Source of the DNA: Podarcis gaigeae
Lineage: Eukaryota
Length of the DNA stretch: 64,000 nt
NCBI GenBank assembly: GCA_964106915.2
Contig: OZ066915.1
Strand: one strand, 5' to 3'
Positions 13,435 to 27,239 of the stretch are shown here, piece by piece. The notes beneath the pieces are model-generated. The model searched no databases, was not told the origin of the DNA, and was given only the letters and a program-made list of their open reading frames with translations. Position 1 is the first letter of the stretch, and every line of letters starts with the position of its first letter. A program made the translations under genes and the position numbers.

Positions 13435-13652
13435 TCAGCCCCGATTTGGGAGTCTGGAAAGAAGCACCCCCACCCTGGTTCCCTTTAAAGGGGTATCCTG
13501 ATTCCCTGGACAAGCAGGATTCCGACCGCACTGTCCAACCAGACTAAGGCTCCAACCCAATCCTTTATCCACCATCAAGCTGTGGTGATTGATATGAGAC
13601 GGGCAATATAGTCTGGAGGCAAATTCCTCCCTGGCCCCAAATATGGCGATCG
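13435..13652 (-). mobile_element. CR1-like 3' fragment
   Basis: GGCAAATTCCTCCCTGGCCCCAAATATGGCGATC resembles the reverse of a reptile CR1 3'UTR. Confidence 0.35.
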
Positions 13653-13841
13653 AAGACTTCCATGGAGACAAGTACCTTCACAAAGCAGCTTACACACAAA
13701 ATAAACAACCAACAACATATAAAACAAAAACAGTATTCAAAACTTTAAAACACCTCACATCCTCAAAATAGCCAGCACATAAACAACCATTAGCCCAGCA
13801 CTTGATATTATTGTGGTTTTTATTTTGTTACTTCCACAATA

Positions 13842-14087
13842 CAGTGGTACCTCGGTTTTCGAACGTCTCAGAATTTCTGTCAAATGTTTCGGTTTTCGAA
13901 TGCCGAAAACCCGGAAGTAACTGCTTTGGTTTTCAAATGCTTTTCATAAGCTGAATGTGCCACACGGTTTCTGTATTGAGTTTTCAGTAAGTAAATGCTT
14001 CCGTAAGTAAATACTTTGATTTTTGAACATTTCAGAAGTTGAATGGTCTTCCAGAATGGATTACGTTCGAAAAGCAAGTCACCACTG
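13842..14087. mobile_element. pogo/Tigger-like MITE
   Basis: TIRs CAGTGGTACCTCGGTTTTCGAACGT / ACGTTCGAAAAGCAAGTCACCACTG with TA TSD. Confidence 0.85.
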
Positions 14088-16015
14088 TACTTGTTATATC
14101 TTTGTCTGGGATCATTTGGTGTAGGGTGGGCTAGAAAAACAAAGAATGCATGGGTGAAATCAGAGCAAAAGAGAAAGACAACTCAGCCATGCCACAGTCC
14201 AATTAAAATCACCCCATAAAGGCAGCAGTGATGAATCTTCAGAGCCCACTTAAAAACTTGTAGGGATGGAGCTTGTCTAATCTCATTTGAGATGGAATTC
14301 CACAAGTGTTGGGTCACTGCTGAGAAGGCCGGTTGAATTGAACAAACATAGCTAAGTTAGGCCCATTAATTTCAGTGGGTCTACTCTGAGTAAAACACAG
14401 TTAAATACCCCCCTTGGGTGGAGAGAAGTTGGCAGAAGTGAGTAAAGCTTAGCTGGGAGGAGAAGCCTGAACAAGTGTTTGGAAACACAGAAATCAGCCA
14501 GTCTTGCAAACACACAAATGCTCCATATATATATAAATATACGCAGGGACACACAAAGAAAATAGTCTATATTTAGTTAATGGCAAACATATGAAAATGA
14601 ACTTTTCCAAATTTGTCATGCACTCTTCAGCCCTCTCTCTTCCCTTGGACAAAGAACAGGCAGCTCCACCCTGGATTATATTAGATACTTCCCACAGAAT
14701 AACAAAGAGGGCACAAAGAGCAACCTCTGAAGTTCCTCCTCTCCTTCTCCTCCTGGGAATTGGAGCAAGTATAGTCCAGCTCACCCATATGGCTGGGTCT
14801 ATGCTGTACTTGTATGCCAACCCTTTTCTCCTTTTCTGGAGTCAAGTTCAAAAGAGCCATCTGTAGTTCTCCAAAGAAGCAGTACAGCCTGGGGAAGAGA
14901 CACAGGAAACCCCCGGCACAGCAGGGGGCATAGTGGACCCCTTCACAAAGTTTCATATTTTACATTTTAACACTCTGGCTTACCATTCTCGTTATTTGGG
15001 ACCTTCTTGGTATCAGTTAGCATTGCTCTTTCTCATTTATTTATATTTTCTCATATTGAGCTGTACATTTATCTTTTCCATTGTAACTGACCTGTATGAT
15101 GGGTAGGTATGATTCAATATTGCTTTATATGGCTGCAGACAAAACTTGCCTTCATCGTGCTAAGTGTTTGGGAGACAGCTTCTCTTTAGCAGACAAAGCC
15201 AACTTTAAAAATTTCCTAATGGCACATGTGTTCCAGGTTCTGCCTGCAGCTGAGCACAGGTCCCTGGACTGGCTTTTGAGAAACTCAAGCACAACTCAAA
15301 CTCATGTACAGGGAATTGTTTTTCCTAGCACCTGCAACTTGCAAACATTTGCCTCTGCAGATTAAAATTAGGATGTTTGCAAAAAGAGTGGGGATTTTCT
15401 CTTCAGTGCTCCTCTTCTAAAATGAGAAAGAGCAACGTTGGCTGATAACAAGCAGATCCCAAATAACATGAATAGTAAGCCTCCCTAAACATTATTTCTA
15501 TTTCTGCAAACCCTGGAGTTCCCAAAGGATTGCTGGTACCTCTGGTGCCATTTTGGTTGCCAAAGCCCTGGCACTTGAAAAAACGAGTTCACTATTATTA
15601 TTTATGAGTGAGACCTGCAACAAAATGTTGCCACATAGAATGTTCATGTTCCAGGATATTCTTTACTATTCTTCCTTCCCCCTGGTTTTCCATTCCCCAC
15701 CCCAGCAGTCAATCAGCACTGCATGCCCACCAAGCAATCTCATTTCTCACTGAATGATTTTTGGGGTTTTCTCTCCTTAAGAAGTATTTTGCAAACCTTA
15801 GTGCTTCTGCAAGTCTTCTGATATCTCCCTCTTATATATGGGTAGTGCTGTTTTGGCTACATAAGGATAGACACCCAGATGATGAGAAGAAAAAAAGATT
15901 CCCCCTGCACCTTTCAATGAAATTAACGTCCAAGTATAGAAATGCTGTATCCTGTCTGGCTTCCTGCAATGCCAAAGAATGAAATAATAATCTCCTGTGT
16001 GCATAATATACTCAC

Positions 16016-16041
16016 CATCACTCTGGCAGCACTGAAACCAG
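16016..16041 (-). other. Candidate small exon, or 3' end of an alternative first exon, ending in ATG|GTGAGT
   Basis: Consensus donor gtgagt; 97-nt AG-free pyrimidine-rich tract upstream with a CTAAT branch-like motif; acceptor position ambiguous. Confidence 0.4.
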
Positions 16042-16699
16042 CTTCAGTGCCCACATTTCAGCAGACATCAACATAAGAGCACAGAGGGAAATCAGCGAAG
16101 CAAAAAAGAATCGGAGTTGGGAAATGAGGATTAGAGAAGGCTGAGACTTTGCCACAAAAGCCTCAGGCCAAGGAGTTGTAATTTTTTTTGTGTGTGTGGT
16201 CATATTTCGTCTCCTTAAATAGCAGCTTCTCTCATCCCCATACAGTACAGTCTCATGCATGTGTCTACTCAAAAGTAAATCTCACCGAGTTCAGTGTAGC
16301 TTACTCCTAGATTAAAGGGCATACAACATCAGCTTCAGTCACGCAGCTGGAATTACAACACACATTAGAAACCTGATCTACCTTGGAGAGCCAGAAACTA
16401 TGATGGGTCCACAACTTCCAAAATTTTAAATTGTCAGGCCTTTCTCGCATTGAATTTTTATGCCAGATTGATCTTGAATTCCAGGGTTAAATGCATCCAA
16501 CTGGCTTTCTTTGGTCACAGCTGACATTCCTGCAAGTGATGGCTGAGTCTATCCGCGCCAACCAGTTCCACTCCTGTCATCAGTCCGTCTGACTAGCCCT
16601 TCCCAATGGCATTTGCGTGTGCACTGTGAACATCTGGAGAGAAAGAGCCTTCATTTTGGCAGCTGTATACTCAAATGCTTCCAAGTAGATTTGGAACCT

Positions 16700-16910
16700 T
16701 GCACGATACCAGCACAACACTACGTCCAGTACACCTTCCCCAGTCCTTCCTATCGTGTTTGCATCCAGAGATAATCATATCCCACTGGTTCTCCTCATTC
16801 CACCAGATTTCTGTAATCCCCATCAAATCTATTTTCTCCTTTAAAATAAAGCACTCCAACTCACCCACCATCTTGGCTTGGAGGAACCCAGTATTAGCAT
16901 ATCTATACAT
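16700..16910 (-). mobile_element. CR1 LINE ORF2 APE endonuclease N-terminal fragment
   Basis: Translation YANT..LQAKMVGELECFILKEKIDLMGITEIWWNEENQWD..ISGCK..RKD matches the CR1 GITETWW / GY..RKDR motifs. Confidence 0.85.
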
Positions 16911-17442
16911 GGATGGACTTACTTATCCACACTTCCTCTTGTCCCACTGCTTCCCCCTGGGGAAAGCCGCTCTTTAGCACTCAGTCGGAGCAAATGGCAA
17001 TTCAGGTTTTCCACAGATTGCTGTTTGTTCCAATTCAGTGCTAAAGAGTGGATTTTCCCTGGGAAAGGAGGAGGGCAAGGAGAAAACCGATCGGACCAGT
17101 GCTTTCTAGACATGGGACAAGTGGAGACAAGCACTAGGTGTGACATCCACTGCCTTCTCACCAGACAAGCAAGTCACCATGACATTTATACACCCATCAC
17201 AAAAGCATCTCTCTGCTTAACTTCTATATTCCTAGCTAGTTTCTCCAAACTGTCTAGTTTGTTTATTTCTTAAGAATGGTACTTGCCCTTTTTGCAGAGA
17301 CTCATGGTGGAAAACAGCAATTAAGAAGAGTTTCAAACAATGGAACATTTCACAACCGAACCATGTGCTAATCATACCACACTTACCACAATGCTCTAAA
17401 TGTCCCTCCCTGCCAAAAAGGATTGTCATGAATCCATTAGGG

Positions 17443-17708
17443 CAGTGGTTTTCAACCAGTGTGCCGTGGAACCCTGGGATGCCTTGAATGATGGTCAGGG
17501 GTGCTACGGGCAACACTGGCCTCTGTCCCTCTTTCCTTCCCTCCATCCTCTGATGCCCTCTCATGTCTCTGAGGGAACACTCTACAAGGGAGGATGTTCA
17601 AGAAAGGGTGAGAGGGTGCCAGCTCTGTAGGTAGGAGATAGCATAATTGCGCAGAAATAATGTAGTTGGTCAAGGAAGCTATGGACTCAAAAAGGTTGAA
17701 AACCTCTG
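17443..17708. mobile_element. hAT-Charlie-like MITE
   Basis: TIRs CAGTGGTTTTCAACC / GGTTGAAAACCTCTG; 8-bp TSD CATTAGGG / CCTTAGGG. Confidence 0.85.
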
Positions 17709-18519
17709 CCTTAGGGAAGCAGAAAGCTCCACTGTTTCTATACAAGGATCACCCATAAAATTTGTACCATAATGCTCTTATATTGGCCCATTGCATGGCT
17801 ATTTATGCAACATTTAAAAGAGCCTTGCATTCTCCATAAACTGCATATCCCCTGGGGCAAATATAACATTTCCGCTTCCCAAATAAACTAACCTTATACT
17901 TAGCAAAAAGAATTGATGTAAGGTGTTTTTAAATGTTCCTTTTCAGGAAAGCCAAGTCATACAATGTGCCACAATCCTTCACTGTGAACCTGCCACACAT
18001 CCATGTTGAAATGGAGCATGACACACAGCAGGAGGGACACATTTTAAGCTGGGAAAGTGAGGACCACCTACGGATGCCTTTTTCTACCCTGCAAAGCTCA
18101 CACATGGTTCCAAAGTAGCCCAGGCACCTGGTGCAACTGACAGATGTGCACAATGGATGTTTCCAATTTTAGTAGTGACTCATGGGAGGGAAACCATAGA
18201 AAAACACACTTGCAATAAAATCTCATCTTGCACTGCAGCCAGTGTAAACTAGACCTCTAGTGGCTCACTATTTGGCACATAAATGCATGTTATATAGTGC
18301 TTAAACCATCATGTGAAAATTATAATGTGTCATTAAAAACCCTAAATAATCATAATATACTCAGCTTCACTTAGCCCTACCTAGAGAGGTAGCATATTGC
18401 CATGGAAAACAACATACCTGGTAGCTGGACACACATCCAGCTGACATCATCACTTTTCATCTTGCTTTTTTCATGGGAAAGGGGAGTATGCCATACGTAC
18501 TGGGCTGCCATATTTGAAT

Positions 18520-19050
18520 TTCATTTAGTGTATTTATTAAAATGTCTGTGGTTTACAACAACTATACATAAAACCATACAATACAAGCCACATAAAAATA
18601 TTGAAATCAACTAACTGTTATGGAAATATATATTCTTAACCAGTGACATTTACCTAGAAAAAGAGGTGCCAAAACTCACCATGAACACCTCCTTTGTTCT
18701 CTTTGAATGGCAATGGCGCCCACCTAAGAGGTGCTGGAACTGAGTTCCTGTGAGTTCCCCCTGGGGAAGAAAAGCCCTGTTCTTAACTGCCTACATAAGA
18801 GCAATGAAATAGAAAGTATTTCAGCAGGCATTTAAAAGCTGAAATAGAAGGTGCCTGCTGAATCTCTGTTGGCAGGGTTTTCCACAGGACTGGGCCAATG
18901 ACATGAAAGACTGTTTCTCATTGTTGTTGAATGAGCCTTGCCAACTTGGGCAGTGACTAACAATGCTCCTGCAGATGGTCTCTGGGATATAAGGGTTCAG
19001 ATGGTCCCTGAGATACCCTGGACCTAAGTTGCTCAGGGCTTTGTTAATTA
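18520..19050 (-). mobile_element. Degenerate L2 3' fragment, interrupted by a hAT MITE
   Basis: GAAGGTGCCTGCTGAATCTCTGTTGGCAGGGTTTTCCA and related motifs, the reverse of an L2 3' region. Confidence 0.55.
18641..18779. mobile_element. hAT MITE
   Basis: CAG...CTG ends with a perfect 8-bp TSD TTCTTAAC (18633-18640 and 18780-18787). Confidence 0.8.
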
Positions 19051-19826
19051 ATGAGCAATTAATCTGCGACTGTCAGTTTAAAAGAACAACAAAAGAGGAA
19101 TATCAAGAGAGGAATGCCATATTATTAATGAAATCAGGGCCCTTATTATGAAGTAACTCTAGCTTTGGCAGCGACAAAGTTAGTAAAACATGACACTGAT
19201 TTGTTGGCATGGAATCCTGTTAAGACCAATCCACAGCCTGTAAATCAAGACATGCTTCTAGATAAAGGTGTCACAAAAGTATGTGCTTTGAAAGGCATGC
19301 TCCCTAAAGCAACAGATGCTTACTGAGATCAGACCTCTATTGCAACAAAAAATAAATAGATAAATGGGTTGTTTAGTTACTTAGGCTGAAGAACTTACAT
19401 TTGCTTTTCACTTATCTTACTTGGAGTTGTGGAAGGTTTGGCTCTCCAGGTGTTGTTGATCTGCAACTCCCATCATCCCTGACCATTGGCCATACTGGCT
19501 GGGACAGGTAGGAGTGAAGAACACCAGAGAGCCTGATCTCACTGATCTCATGAGTCCAAGATCAGAGACCTTTTGAAAGGCTGCTGCTCATTAATAATAT
19601 AATAACTTTCATTAAAACATGATTACCTGCTTGATATGACATAGCCCTGAGCAGCTGACCATAACCTAAACGGGATATCTTGAGTATGCAGGTAAATTAT
19701 TGGTCTTCTAGAATTTCAGCATATGCTTCTATGATTGACAAATACACCACACATAATTTGTTTCTAGCATCCAGGTTCAGGTTTGGGGTGCTATTAGCCT
19801 CACCCATGATGAAACATATGCCTTTC

Positions 19827-19864
19827 TAAACAAACAAACAAACAAACAAACAAACAAACAAACA
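19827..19864. repeat. (CAAA)n microsatellite
   Basis: Direct reading. Confidence 0.95.
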
Positions 19865-21435
19865 GGGCACAGGATGTTTAGTTTCATCTTTTGCATACCA
19901 CAGTGGAAAAATGGAGGGAGTAGCATGGAGAGAAATGGAAATTTAGATTGTAAAGCCCTTGGAAAGCAACATGTACTCCGGAAAGTGCCCTGGATATCTA
20001 TGTGAATGAATACTAAAGAATAAAGTAAAAAAAAAAAATGAATGGAGAAAGTAAAAGAGCGGAGCAATATAACAAGGCCAATTTTTAAATTCAGTTTATA
20101 TAGTGTTACTTGACCCAGCAGAAATGCAAAATAAAAATGGAAATGCTTTTATCCATTTTAAAGATGGTGGATGGCAGGTCATTCATTACAGGGAAGCTAC
20201 TGAACTTGTCTTGATCAATCCACTGGGCAGCAGGCCAGGAGGCTCCCCTCCCCTTCTTTCCCTAGAGGCAGCTGAATCGATGAACTGGTGTGTGTGTGAA
20301 GCTGTGGAAACTGTGGACCTCAACAGAGAAGTATCAGTCTCCTATATGGTGAACATTCTTGTCACCAGGCAATGAGGTCAGAAGGAGGCAAGGAACACTC
20401 TGGTTACTGTCTTTGAGTCTCAGTGTTCTGTGTTTTCCTTCATGGGTCAAAATAATGCTTCCACCTTCCAAAGTATGTTGCTTAAAAGAAAATACAGTGG
20501 GTCTGTATGCCAGTCTAACTATCAAATTTCAACACATCTTTCATCACAGAAGTGATCGAAGCAAGTTTCTAGAACAGATCAAATGCATCAATAAATAAAA
20601 ACCCGACGTCTTTGTACTTAAAATGCAATTTCATCAAAACCACATTTATCATCTGGAAAGTGTAAACTTTAAAGAAATGTATGCATTTAGATCTATTGGC
20701 AGGAAAAACATACGTCTAAAATGAAAAAAGAAGCATAAAAATTTAAAACAAAATCATTCTAGCTCACCAAGATTGTTCTAAAACTTTAAAAAAACATAAA
20801 AATATGAATAGTGCTTGAAAATACTGACATTTTTCATGTTGGCACTTCCAGATGAAGACATTTCCGAAGTCTTGGGTTTATGAAATATTTTGACATTTCA
20901 GCTTTTCATTTCCATTCAAAGTAGAGAAAAATGACTTCCAAATGTCAAATTCTTACAGAACAAAATCTCCAGTTTCACAGAACCACCCCCCCCCCGCTCC
21001 GTCTCTCTCCCTCTGGATCAAGTTCAAAACTAATTAAGAAATGGCTGCACTGAGAATACCATCCTTATCACATCAGAACCAGCTCTTCCACTATTATAGA
21101 TCTTGGCCTTACTAGCAGATCATGATCAGACACAATTTTTGCACAAGATGTACGGTCAGAAGAAATACACGCCTGTTGCCCTTTTTATTGTTTATGCGTT
21201 ATATTTTATGAGTCATTCTATAAACCATATTTTTATGTCCCCTTATTAAAACAGCATATTCTCTAATTAAAACAGCAGCTTAACAATATCATAAAATCAA
21301 TAAACGCTAAACGCTAATAACTGAGGCAGCACAATGCAGCTCTGAACATGTTTGCTAATGTAAAAGCCTGAGAGCAACCTCATTAGGCTAAAACACACAC
21401 GCAGCTGACAGCCACGAAAATTCTTCCAGCCCAGT

Positions 21436-21735
21436 GGCCCTAGCTGCACCATACACTTAAATAAGTATCATATTATTTTATAGGGTCATTGCTTCCCCCA
21501 AAGAACCATGGGAACTGCAGGTTATTAATGGCATTGAGAACTGTTAGGAGACACACATCCTCCATTTCTCTCACAGAGCAACAATTCCCAGAGTTTCCTC
21601 AGAAGAGGTACTGACTGTTAAACCACTCTGAGAACTATGGTTCTGTGAGGGAACAGGGGGTCTTCAACAATTCTCAGCACCCTTTGGAAAAAGTCGTGGC
21701 TGTTTATAAAGTCATACGTATAGTGCAGATGGGCC
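21436..21735. mobile_element. Palindromic MITE (related fragments near 54325-54430 and 59070-59260)
   Basis: Ends GGCCCTAGCTGCACCATAC / GTATAGTGCAGATGGGCC with internal inverted symmetry. Confidence 0.6.
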
Positions 21736-21937
21736 CTACCTTAAGTAAAATAAATTAACACCCTAACAAGGGCTTGGGCACACAAGAATGCTTTATGAAA
21801 AGATATTAATGGAGGCTTCTCAGGCGAGAGTGTTCCATAACCAAGGGGCCACAAGGCTCGATCCCTTGAAGCTACCCTCTGGACCTCAAGAGTTTATTAA
21901 ACAACTTCAGGATGTATTGAAGTTCTGCTTTAATACT

Positions 21938-22085
21938 GGTTGGCATCCATTTGTCTCAACAGACAATGGAGTGCACCTCTGGGAGTGAAGTCGAGTAATG
22001 GCATTAGCAGCACCAAAGTGACCTCCCAAGGCGCAAACCTGAGCAGCGTGTAGGGAGGTCCCGGACTTCCCAGATGACAATGTAC
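21938..22085 (-). mobile_element. 3' fragment of an RTE-related element (same family as 52075-52952)
   Basis: GTTGGCATCCATTTGTCTC...GACAATGGAGTGCACCTCTG shared with 52077 onward. Confidence 0.6.
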
Positions 22086-23992
22086 CGTGCAATCCTAATC
22101 CTCCTGAGTCAGTAGGCATAGGACTGGAGCCTCAGTGAGGGTCCTTTAATATACCACTGTGTCTTTTTGATACAGAATGAAGAAAAGCTTAGGCCAAATT
22201 GCCAGTGACTGCCTAATTAATATAAATGCCTCAGTGCGCTGACAGGTATGCATTCAGTTATCACAGGAGTGAGGAGACTCAGGCTTGGAGGCCAAACACC
22301 ACCCTCCAAGCCTCTTTCTTTCAATACTCTCCCCCCTCTCTCCCCAGGCTACACCCCCAACACCTCCCAGGGCCAGCCCATCCATGAGGTGGGCTGAAGC
22401 AGGCACCAGAACTGCAAGAGGCAGCGCCTTGCAGACACCTCACCTGCCCCACTGCCTCAACTACTGGTGGAGAAGCAGTGGTGACAGCAGCAGAACCTTC
22501 CGGTGAGTTCTAGGCAGAACTTGCTGTTGCCACTTCGCAGGCGCTGCCACACAACCCAAGGAAGGGAGGCTTCGGGGGGCAGCACAACAGCAGGACGACA
22601 TCTTCCGATTTCGCCTCAGGTGGCAAAATGGGATACACCAGCTCTTTGCCCCACTTGAGTGTCTTTGCGTGTTTGGAATGTGTCCTTGAACACGGATTGC
22701 CTGAATGAAGGACAGAGCGGAATGACAACGCAAAAAAATGGCCTTTGATTAGCTGGGGTTGATTAGCTTGCTTTGCTTTCAGGTTGCTTCCTGTTTGTTC
22801 CACAGAATATATATTTCTTGGAAAAACATTATTTGGCGGGGGGGGGGGGGAATGTTTTCAAGCGCTATTTGGATTCTCATTTGTTGCCCGGTGCCTAAAC
22901 TGCACAAGGTTCTCCAAATTGGAGCTAACATCATTCAGACACGAGAGCATACTCATGAAAGGAGACAAAAAACAGACAAAGTGTTATGGGATGTTTTGCA
23001 AGATTAATGTCGTGTATGAGCTTGCAGGGCAGATAGCAACCTTAAAACATCACAGGGAGAAGCCTACAAGCAAAGCATGTTACAACAAGAGGATGAAAAT
23101 GAAAGGTAGGGTTTTATATATACCCGGTATATATTCAGAAAGATGTATGGTGGAACTTGTGTGATCTAAAGCATTCCTGCGAACAAGTATAATATGACTA
23201 TAGCAAAAACTTTTTTAAAAATGACTTGGAGAGTACAAGCACCTTACAGAATGCATGAATCCCTCTGCCTAAAAAATAAAAGGAGTGCTTCTCAGAGCTG
23301 GAGGCGTAAAGGTGAAGCAAAAATGTTGCATTCCCACATTTAAGAAGCGTTGAAAGCAGTTTGAGGGGAGAATGCCTGGTACCTCCAAAAAAGCTAAGCG
23401 AAACTAGACATTTATTCAGAGGTTATGTGCATTGCACAGTTCCATTTTTGGCCTTTGGTTTTTGGTATGCTGACCATAATAAATTGATTGTGATTATTCA
23501 AAAAGCTAATCCTGATTATAATAGACAGATATTGGTGTTGTTCGTATAGCTATTGGCAGTGGCTTCTCCCTGTTCCAGGTCCATTCTGGATGGTCCTCAG
23601 CTTGCCTCTGCCCATAAAAGCTCTACCTTGAGAATATCTCTTAGAGTTCCTATGCAATAGAAGTGCATTTAGATATGCTATAGGGAGTGGGTGCTTTGAA
23701 GCTCTTACAGAGACATGGGATGTGGGAACAAATACTCAGCAGAGATGTGTTACTCTTCCCCTGCCTTTTATTAGGAAAATGTGTTGGGGCTTGGCAGCTT
23801 TAAATACAGCTGTACCGTAATAAATTGTCTTGACAAGACAAGACAGTTGTTTGGCAGGGTCTGTTTTTATAACACATAGATGGGCTTTCTTCTTTAATAA
23901 ATATGCACATGTTTAGATTCACTAGGAGCAAAACAACTCTGATATTTGGAATCTGATATCTGGCCACTGTGAAAACTCACTCACTCATTCAC

Positions 23993-24050
<58 letters not shown>
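23993..24050. repeat. (TCTA)n microsatellite
   Basis: Direct reading. Confidence 0.95.
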
Positions 24051-24051
<1 letters not shown>

Positions 24052-24789
24052 GATAGTCTACTTTATATTATGATAATCTAAACTAGTTTTTGAAAGAATC
24101 AGACATTGGATATCAGATTCTTCTTGGGTGCTCTGTAGACTGACTTTCCAAATGAAAGCAAACGCCACACTGCAACCAGCACATGGTCTTCACAACAGCA
24201 GCCTGCTTGCCTTCCTCTGGGAATCTGAATGCATGTTATTCCACCTTCTTTTATATGCCCTACAGGTCACGTTTCAAGAATAAACTGGCATAGGAGACTT
24301 GCCCCTTTGCATGCTAACAGTACTTTCTGCTGCTCCCAGACATCTTGAAGGCACAAATAAAAAGTCTGCTGGCATTTGAAAGCCAGTCTTAGTTAGAAAC
24401 ACCTTGGGAGTGCTATCCATGAATGCTGCAAGTAACTGAACTGGTCTGCTCAAAAAGGGTATTCAGGATTACTCATGACTAGGTTTCAGGTCAAGCAGTC
24501 TGTTCACCACTGCCTTTCTTTTCACATTCCACCACAACAAACCCTCCCTACCCTACACAATATACACTCATGACAGGAGGGAGGAGTGGGAGATCCAGCT
24601 CCCACCAAGGAGTCCCAATGTCCGCAATGGAACATGATGCTTTTCACATCCGTTTCCACTGATGGAGGCTCTCTGGGCATGCAGAATGGGCCAACTCCCA
24701 TGGGGGAGAGCACAGAATTTAAAGGTAGCCTATTCCCTTAAATTACCACCGCCACCCAATTCTCTCTTGCTATCTCTTATGATCAGAAT

Positions 24790-25065
24790 GGTCTCCCTAA
24801 ATGTGTACATGGTGCCGCCTTTCTCCACCTTCCTTCAAATCCCTCAAAACTCACCTTCTTGATGCTTCCTCTGGCCTATCTTTGGATGATATTGGCCTGC
24901 GGTGCTTCACTATACCTAATTCCCCAGTGTAACTAAACTGCAACGTTTGTCCACATGTGTCCCTCATCCCCCCCCCTTTCTTTTCCCCACTGTCTATTTT
25001 AGATTCCTTGGTAGGAGGGGTTTGTCTGTGTTGGCTCCGTAACTCAGTAAGGTGCCATGTAGAAT
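24790..25065 (+). mobile_element. Ancient L2 3' end remnant
   Basis: CCTTCAAATCCCTCAAAACTCACCT...TTAGATTCCTTGG..GGG...GTAAGGTGCCATGTA pattern. Confidence 0.45.
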
Positions 25066-25369
25066 GATCATGATCATGAGCACTACCAACAACACACGTG
25101 GTTTGGCAGTTCCAAGCAGGTCTCACTTGGTAGCTAAGGCTCCCTCTCAGGATTGTTTGGGACCCTTCTCCTGACTAGCGTCTGAGAGATGCTGGTGGTG
25201 ACTGGAAAGCAGAAGTAGTCTTCATCAAGACTCTCTCCAGTTGCAGTGAGGGCATTCTAGCCCATCTTCCATTTGCACATGTGGGAAACATTGTTCTTGC
25301 CTTCCTATCCTTGGGGTTTCTTTATTCTAAGAGAAAGTGAACTTCAAAACATTTAGTGAGATTCGACAG

Positions 25370-25552
25370 TCAGATACAGTATGCTTCTGAATACCACTTG
25401 TGAGAAATTACATAGGGGCAGAGTGCCCTTGTGCTCAGGTCCTGCTTGCAGGCTTCCAATGGGCATCTGGTTAGCCACTGAGAGAACAGGATGCTGGACC
25501 AGAGAGGCCACTGATCCACTCCAGCAGAGCTTTTCTTATGCTCTCATGTTCT
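25370..25552 (+). mobile_element. CR1 LINE 3' end
   Basis: GCATCTGGTTAGCCACTG.GAGAACAGGATGCTGGAC...CCAGCAGAGCTTTTCTTATG, ending in a degenerate octamer tail. Confidence 0.75.
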
Positions 25553-26459
25553 GTTGAAGTCAATGGGGTTTATTTATTTTTTTAGTTCAAGTCACCATAA
25601 ATCATTTTACCAGCTTTTTTCCCCCCCAGAGGCGTGCTCATACATAAATGGAGACCACCGTATAGAGCGATACAATGCCAAGGATGCATTTCTAATGCCA
25701 AAAATCCACAGAGCATTCCTAACAGTGTTATCGCACACTGTAGTCAACAGCAGGGACCACAACTAATGAGGTTTCTCTTGATGCAGTCATAAGGAACTGC
25801 CAAAATGAATAGCATTTAAAAGTGAATATTTTGGTTGGACCACTGAGCTGATCAGACAACTTTAAACAATTTGTCATTCACCTAAAAGTAAACTGGATTC
25901 CAGAGACAACTGTAGTTCAAGAGCAAATGTATACCTAAGCTGATGTCTGAGACACACCTACTGGATCTGTTTGATGCCAACTGATGCATTCATATTTTAA
26001 TAGCTGCTAGTTTAGGGAAATTTGTTTTTTTCCACTAGACAAGTTTCTCTTCCAGATATACCTTATCAAGCACAGCTCTGGAACTCATTAGCTGACAAGT
26101 CCTAGAGTCCAAGATCCAAGAGCCACACTGTTCAAAAATCTTTTCAGTGCATTGCAAATCCTGGCTTACAAGAATGTCTCAATTGCAAACTTTTTTTATT
26201 TAAAAATCCTGTTTTTAATAGCCAATTTCCCATGGGTTGTCCAATGAAATGCACTCATCTCACATTACACTTCCACAGTATTGCTGCTTACGTGTCCGTC
26301 CTTCCATGTTGAGGCACATAAATCACCCCCTGCCCTCTTGTATTCCCGTTACTCATAGGCTTTTACACCTTATTAAGACTCTAATCATGCTTTATTTATT
26401 TGTCCCCGCCCCCATACATTTACTTATTCTTACTCAAGGAGTTGTACGTGGTTCTCCAT

Positions 26460-26615
26460 CTTCCCACATTATCCCCACAAAAATCTTGTGTGGTACATTA
26501 GGCTAAGAGAAAATGACTGGACTAAGGTCACTCAGGGACCTTCATGGATGAGTGGGATTTGAACCCGGGTCTCACCGGTCCTTGTCCAAAACTCTAAACC
26601 ACTGCACCACAGTGT
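26460..26615 (-). mobile_element. Old MIR/CORE-type SINE
   Basis: TGACTGGACTAAGGTCACTCAG...GGGATTTGAACCCGGGTCTC...TAACCACTGCACCA (reverse B and A boxes). Confidence 0.7.
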
Positions 26616-26666
26616 TTCTCAAATTGCCTTATTCTTATCACACTTCCCAGGTAGCAATGCATACAT

Positions 26667-26667
<1 letters not shown>

Positions 26668-26726
<59 letters not shown>
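26668..26726. repeat. Compound (CA)n(GA)n microsatellite
   Basis: Direct reading. Confidence 0.95.
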
Positions 26727-26727
<1 letters not shown>

Positions 26728-27239
26728 ACTTTAGAAAGGACTTCTTCTCTGCACTGCTACACTTAAGTTCCTTTCTCCTTAGTGTTAGTATATGGTGTAG
26801 AGTAGAAGAGATCTATCTGATCTCTTGTTCTATTAGCCATTCTTTTATTTTTTTTATTTCTTATCGCTTTTGTATTGTTCACTGTCATTATATTTCTTTT
26901 TTAAGGCTAGCAGTATAGAGGCACTGCAAATTAATGAATACCAAGCTAATAAGGAAAAACTGCAGGTGAGCAGGTATTGGAATTACAGGTATCCTTGGCC
27001 CTCCACATCGCTGTATTCTTATCAGTCGCTTTATTCGATACGATAACAAAAAGACCACCCGATCCAATTTCAACTGAAGTATGAGGACAGGCGTTCATTA
27101 ACTTCAAAAGGAACTGAATTAAATCCCAGTAAGCATATGAGTAAAGTACTTCATTTTGAAGTCGTTGGAGGGAGAGTTCAAACATGCCGAATTTCCAGTG
27201 ACAGTACCTTTGTGGAGAATGGCAGCCAAGCAGACATAC

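Noticed and set aside
24850-24915. Minus-strand AAG|GTGAGT donor with a nearby AG
   Set aside because: It lies in an antisense L2 remnant and has a poor pyrimidine tract, so it is probably cryptic
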